64,000 bases of DNA, from contig CBDCOX010000002.1 in the NCBI GenBank assembly GCA_965219995.1, positions 4,416,001-4,480,000 on the forward strand. The letters are read 5' to 3'. Shown here one piece after another: positions 58,933 to 64,000 of the stretch (position 1 is its first letter; every line of letters begins with the position of its first letter). This DNA comes from Candidatus Latescibacterota bacterium (GTDB lineage Bacteria; Latescibacterota; UBA2968; GCA-2709665). A program made the position numbers and the translations under genes. The notes below the pieces were generated by a model that did not search any database, was not told the DNA's origin, and saw nothing but the letters and a program-made list of their open reading frames with translations.

Positions 58933-60160
58933 TTGGGACCGTCACCGGCAATTGAATCAGATCTTTGAAGATCTTGTGGAGGAAATCGCTCTACCACCGT
59001 CGCGGTACCACGAGGCCAGAGAGCGCTACAACGCGGTCGGAGCCTGGTTGGATGCACCGGACTCCGAACTTGCGCTGTACAAACCCATCATTTCCCCGCA
59101 GGGATCATTCGCGTTAGGCACGGCCGTGCGCCCTATCGGCAGTGATGAGACCGACGTAGATGCCGTGTGCCTGCTCCAGCTTTCCCCCATTCAGGTCACC
59201 CAGAGGCAGTTAAAGGATTTGGTTGGGGATCGCCTCAAGCATCCACAAAGCCGTTACAAGAACATGATTGAACCCAAAGGAGGCGGACGCCGATGTTGGA
59301 CGATTCGGTACGCGGATCAAGCCAGATTTCATCTGGATGTGCTCCCGGCTATTCCGGATGACTATCGGTGGCTTGTGAACTTAGGGGTTCCGGAAGTGTG
59401 GGCTGAGACAGCCATCCGCATCACCGATAGAGAGACGTGGGATATCGACCCGGAGTGGCCGCGAAGCAATCCAAAAGGCTATGCGGCTTGGTTCATTAGC
59501 CGCATGCAGACGCGTCTCGATGAGGCCAAATACGCCTATGTACGGGAAACACGCAAGGACCTCGACGAGACCATTTACGCACACGAGATGGAAATTCGCG
59601 CAGAAGTAGAGAAGATTCAAGATTTCGACGTAAGTACACCCCTGCAGCAACTCATTCAGATCCTCAAGCGTCACCGTGACCTGCGCTACAACGGTGACGA
59701 CGATAAACCCATTTCGATCATCATTACCACTCTCGCAGCGATGGCGTACGATAACGAAGCCAGCATCGGAGAAGCGATAGCGAATGTCGTACCGAATATG
59801 CGAACAGCAATTGAGTACCGTAACGGTGTCTACTGTGTTTCAAATCCTGTGAATCCTAAGGAGAACTTTGCCGACAAGTGGGACGAATGCCCACGAAAAG
59901 CCGAGCTGTTTTTCGAATGGCTAAACGCCGTAGAGCGGGAATACCAGAATCTCCTTACCGATACAGGATTCGAAAAAGTTGGAGGGTATCTGATCGAAAC
60001 GTTCGGACGCAGAGAAAGCGAGGAGACAATGGCTAAATTTGTAGCCCGGACGTCTCCCGGTGTTGCGCCAGCAGTGGTACTCACTCCGCGCAAGACCCAG
60101 CAGACAGCCAAACCAAAGATTGAGGCACCATCGAATCCAAGCAAACCTTGGGGACGTTGA
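58925..60160 (+). CDS. cGAS/DncV-like nucleotidyltransferase (CD-NTase)
   Basis: QGSFALGT, DVD, HLDVLPA, SNPKGY, KPISIIITTL, NPVNPKENFADKW; tail ends KPWGR. Confidence 0.92.
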   Translation: MNSWDRHRQLNQIFEDLVEEIALPPSRYHEARERYNAVGAWLDAPDSELALYKPIISPQGSFALGTAVRPIGSDETDVDAVCLLQLSPIQVTQRQLKDLVGDRLKHPQSRYKNMIEPKGGGRRCWTIRYADQARFHLDVLPAIPDDYRWLVNLGVPEVWAETAIRITDRETWDIDPEWPRSNPKGYAAWFISRMQTRLDEAKYAYVRETRKDLDETIYAHEMEIRAEVEKIQDFDVSTPLQQLIQILKRHRDLRYNGDDDKPISIIITTLAAMAYDNEASIGEAIANVVPNMRTAIEYRNGVYCVSNPVNPKENFADKWDECPRKAELFFEWLNAVEREYQNLLTDTGFEKVGGYLIETFGRRESEETMAKFVARTSPGVAPAVVLTPRKTQQTAKPKIEAPSNPSKPWGR

Positions 60161-60164
60161 TCCA

Positions 60165-60926
60165 ATGGAAGAGGCAACCGCGCTGCTGGTGATGAGCCAG
60201 ATGACAGAGGTCCAAGCTCAACATCCGAGTCTGGAACTTATGCTTAAATCAGGTGAAGTGAGGATTCGTGGGGAGATAGGTTTCTGTTTTGACCATAACT
60301 CCCGCACGATTGAAGATACCTACCAAGTCGAGATTCAGATACCGGATGACTATCCAGAATCGCCGCCAAACGCGTTTGAAACCGGAAATAAGATCGACGA
60401 GAGTTTTGAACACTTTTTGATCGATGGGAGCCTATGTCTCGGGGCTCCACTAGAGATACGCCGAAAATTCCTGCAACACAAGAATCTCCTGCGGTTCATT
60501 AACGAACTGCTTGTCCCGTACCTATTTTCGTATAGTTGCAAGCGAGACTTCGGTGAGACGCCGTTCGGCGAACTTGCCCATGGCTGTACGGGAATAAGAC
60601 AATACTACCAGGATCTGTTTCGGGTTGAGGATTACGTAGCAATACTCGGCCTACTGAAAGTGTTGGCGGACGACAACTACCGGGGCCACCTTAAATGTCC
60701 CTGCGGAGCACGATCGAATGTGCGCCGATGTCATGGGTCACAGTTGCGGGAACTATCTTCCTTTCAGTCTTGCGATCAGTTTATTTGGGACGCATTTTCT
60801 GTTTATGAAACTCTTTCCGAGAACGAGCGTAAAGTAGCAATTGGCAGAAAACTATTGCCGAAGAGGCTATTGAAGAAAATAAACCGAATGGCGGGATCCA
60901 GACAGTATCGAGCAGAGGCGAAATAG
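60165..60926 (+). CDS. Prokaryotic E2-like protein with SEC-C motif (E2-only Cap2-like)
   Basis: IPDDYPESPP, HFLIDGSLCLG (putative catalytic Cys), GELAHG, CPCG...RCH. Confidence 0.8.
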   Translation: MEEATALLVMSQMTEVQAQHPSLELMLKSGEVRIRGEIGFCFDHNSRTIEDTYQVEIQIPDDYPESPPNAFETGNKIDESFEHFLIDGSLCLGAPLEIRRKFLQHKNLLRFINELLVPYLFSYSCKRDFGETPFGELAHGCTGIRQYYQDLFRVEDYVAILGLLKVLADDNYRGHLKCPCGARSNVRRCHGSQLRELSSFQSCDQFIWDAFSVYETLSENERKVAIGRKLLPKRLLKKINRMAGSRQYRAEAK

Positions 60927-61052
60927 CAATTCGTTCAAACATCACCAGTCCATAATTGGATAGGTTTCTCGAAGACACGATATGGCGTCTTCAAAATGCG
61001 CGACTCCAATGACGCTATTTTCAGATTTCCCGCCTGCTGGACGGCAACTCTG

Positions 61053-63370
61053 TCACTCCACGCTTCTACCTGTCAAAGTCAATATCCCCGCAATCCGCCT
61101 CCCTACCTCCGCAAAGTACTGTACTTCCTCGGGCTTGAGCGCTCGGTCGAGCACTTTGTGTTCACGATATGAAAGCCATTTCTTGAGTACCTGATAGCCG
61201 CCGAGTTTGTAGTTCCATACCGCGGCGGGGACGTTGCGCCAGAAGGCTTTGTCATTCAGGTATATGTCGAACGTATTGTCACCCAGCACTGATTTCGCCG
61301 AGCCCAGCGCCTGGTTTTCATCCGCCGTGTATTTTCGTTGTTCAGCGTGCCCCTGTCCCGGCATCACGGCTTCGCCCGATCCGTAATGACCCCACCCGGC
61401 GGTGACCGCGAAGTCGTCACCCGACATATTACGATTATCGACAGTAGAGGGTTCGGCAATGCCCACGATTTCCGGTCGCAGTGTGCCCTCGGTCACGCCC
61501 GGAACAGGCGTGTCGGGATCAAGTAGACCTGCCAGTTCGCGGCCCCTCATTGCCGATGCTCTAAGAAACTCCGCTGCGCCTTCAGTCTTGCCATCGGGCC
61601 AACCAGGTAGCGGGATGCGGGGCCAGCCCATGCGTAATGCATCCGCATTAGCTTGCCGATACGTGGGATCGTGCATCACGGCCAATATATGATGAAATAT
61701 GTCTTCGACGTGGATCCCCAAACGTTCAATGTAAACTTCAGCGGCGGCCGATAGGTTCGGACGGTGTTGAAGCCCGTAGCTACCCAGTCCTAGACCTTCG
61801 TCCCGGAGATATGCTGGAAACAGAGCGGCGCCACTTTCTATTAGGTGAAAAGACCCAATGTGCGTCGTCAAGAAAGCTTGTGGTTCTGACCCATCTTTCC
61901 TGAGGCGTTTGGCCGAAGAAAACCATCTGTTGCCATGGAAAACATGCCGTTTATAGTCCGGAGCGGGCGCGGTTAGCAGTCGACGGTCTGCCTCCCAATA
62001 AAGCCAGCGATTGTCAAATGGTCGATATGTGACTCGAATGAATCCAGAATCACCTGGTCCGCCACGTGAAAGTAATGCTTCACGTGTCGTCCGCGCATCG
62101 GAAATCCTAAACGCTGACGAGTTTCTCATTGCTGCAGGACAACATCGCCTGATTTCTTCGTGGCTTAGTGCAGGATTGAAGTAGTCGGCAACTCGCTTAC
62201 GTAGGTGATCCTCGTCAATTCCAACGAGTAGTCGGTCTCGCCCTGTGTGGACACCCGGAAATGAAACCGGTACCAGATCGGGCAGAGACGGCCACTCGAA
62301 CCAGTCCTTGCTAACGGCCATAGGGCAAAATGGGAGCCCAAGTGGCAGGATGGGCTCGATACGGTCGTAAAGAACACGTGGTTTTACTTCCGCTGTCTGA
62401 ATCAGTTCCAATGGTTTTGCAATTCCCCAAAGTTGACGAAACTCCACCGACTCGGTCGGAGCATGATTGGTTTTGCGCACAAGGGTTGCAATAGCAGTGC
62501 CGACCTGGATGCCGACCGGGTCGCCTTCGGTCGAGAAGATGCTGGGGTCTGGCGCGCCCTTCGGCGTGACTTTGCCGGTTTTGTATTTGTCGCCGTTCAA
62601 GCAGTCAATGCGGATCGCATCGAACGTATCCAGATATCGCTCTCGCATCCCCGAAAAGGACATGCCATCGAGCCAGGAGTAGTTGGAGATGAAGCAAACA
62701 ACGCCTTGCCCCGTTTTCTCAGTGATGCGGCGTTCCGCCACGCGGAAAAATCGTACATAAAGATCATTCAATGCTCTTGAATCAGTGAGACTTACTTGTA
62801 TAGGTGTTCGGTACGCCTCCAACAGTTCATGTTCCTCTTCGATTGCAACTCCAGCGAAGCCGTTGTAGGGCGGATTGCCCAAAATCACAAGGATCGGTTT
62901 GTCCTGCTTTACCTTCCCGGCCCGGTCGCGTTCCTCTTGCAGTTCAGGAAAGGCAACGGTCTGAGATCCCTCGCCTGCACTCTCCCAGTCCGTCAGTGCA
63001 TTTGTAAGAAAGATCCCCGCACGCTCCGTTCCGTCATCCGACAGGGCCGCGTCGAGATCTCGCAAAGTAAGGTCGACCTGAAGATGGGCTACAACATAGG
63101 GTGCAGGCAAGATTTCGAACCCGAAAACGCGCTCTGTCGCCGCCTGCTTGACTCTTGCGCCTGCGAGCGCACCGAGGCCGCGTCCTTCGAGATTGGCGGC
63201 GATTCGGCGCAGTGCTTCGGCGAGATAGGCCCCGGTGCCGCAACACGGGTCGAGTACGTAGACGTTTTCTGCGGCGAGTCCGTCCGCGATGCCGAGGTCG
63301 CCCTTGAGCGCTTTATCGACTCTGGCGACCATGTATTGCACCACTTCTAACGGCGTGTACCAGACGCCTA
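61053..63370 (-). pseudogene. Type ISP-like restriction-modification enzyme (N6-MTase plus specificity domain) interrupted by IS630
   Basis: GVWYTP.EVVQYMV, DPCCGTG, GNPPY, YRPFDNRW, LGGYQVLKKWLSYR; frame breaks at the IS boundary just upstream of GVWYTP. Confidence 0.85.
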
Positions 63371-64000
63371 GTACTTACTTGACAAAGAAAGCGAAATAAT
63401 ATATCTTGGGCTCATAGGGAATCGATCTCAATTCAATTGTGGAGAGGAGACCGCCTATGAGCCGCCCCGCCGTGTTGATCACGTTGAGTGACGAGGAAAA
63501 AGAGACGCTGTTGAGTTGGAGCCGTTCAGGCAAGACGCAACACCGTTATGTGCTACGCGCCCGGATTGTTCTTTCAGCATCGCAGGGCATTGCGAACCGT
63601 GACATCGCCAGGGACCTGGGAACGCGCGAGGCCACGGTGTGCAAGTGGCGCCGGCGCTTTCACGAGTCGGGTCTTTCCGGGTTGCAGGACAAGGCGAGGT
63701 CGGGTAAGCCTGCCAAGTACGATCTTTCAAGCGAAAGGCGAATTTTGGAGTCCTTGGACGACGCCCCGCCCAAGGGCTATGGAAACTGGACCGGTCCGTT
63801 GTTGGCCGACAAGCTGGGGATTTCTGTCCACTATGTCTGGCAAGTATTGCGCAACCACGGCATCTCACTGGCCAGAAGGCGCAGCTGGTGTATCAGCACC
63901 GATCCCGAATTTGCCGCCAAGGCCGCAGCCATTGTGGGGTTGTATCTGGAACCTCCCAAAAATGCGATTGTCTTGTGCGTCGACGAAAAGCCCGCGATCC
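63371..64000 (+). mobile_element. IS630-family insertion sequence, left part
   Basis: Starts after TA at 63369-63370 (IS630 target dinucleotide); internal TTGACA-17 bp-TATCTT at 63379-63407. Confidence 0.85.
63457..64000 (+). CDS. IS630 transposase, partial (runs off the window)
   Basis: GAGGAG RBS; RARIVL, KWRRRF, STDPEFAAKAAAIVGLYLEPP, VLCVDEKP (first catalytic Asp). Confidence 0.9.
   Translation, partial: MSRPAVLITLSDEEKETLLSWSRSGKTQHRYVLRARIVLSASQGIANRDIARDLGTREATVCKWRRRFHESGLSGLQDKARSGKPAKYDLSSERRILESLDDAPPKGYGNWTGPLLADKLGISVHYVWQVLRNHGISLARRRSWCISTDPEFAAKAAAIVGLYLEPPKNAIVLCVDEKPAI

Overview
GC-rich bacterial chromosome segment. The secreted WD40 protein with a DFDGDGxVGFxDFL tail, PQQ-type propellers, Sel1 and HEAT proteins suggest a Latescibacterota/Gemmatimonadota-like, possibly host-associated organism (inference only). 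1-6 kb: toxin-antitoxin pairs and small enzymes. 6-26 kb: housekeeping and envelope genes (trmJ, bioF, a single-ORF Lnt-TatC fusion, Ca/Na antiporter, rfbB, rfbC, uvrA, hemL). Between uvrA and hemL lies a 67-nt tRNA-Arg(UCG)-like gene lacking its D-loop, with its own sigma70-like promoter, in the uvrA leader. 26-49 kb: two uncharacterised catabolic clusters flanking a TonB-dependent receptor, a Met-zincin protease and a decapitated RelE module. From ~52 kb: a visibly more AT-rich defence island with IS1595 debris, decayed copies of the DUF5131 promoter/5' end, DUF5131 plus a PD-(D/E)xK nuclease-like gene, an E2-only CBASS operon (patatin, CD-NTase, E2/SEC-C) with a divergent CapH/CapP-like regulator pair, and a type ISP-like R-M gene interrupted by IS630. 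Strongest novelty candidates: the D-loop-less tRNA-like RNA, the Lnt-TatC fusion, and the DUF5131/nuclease pair. All calls come from reading motifs by eye; no database search was run.
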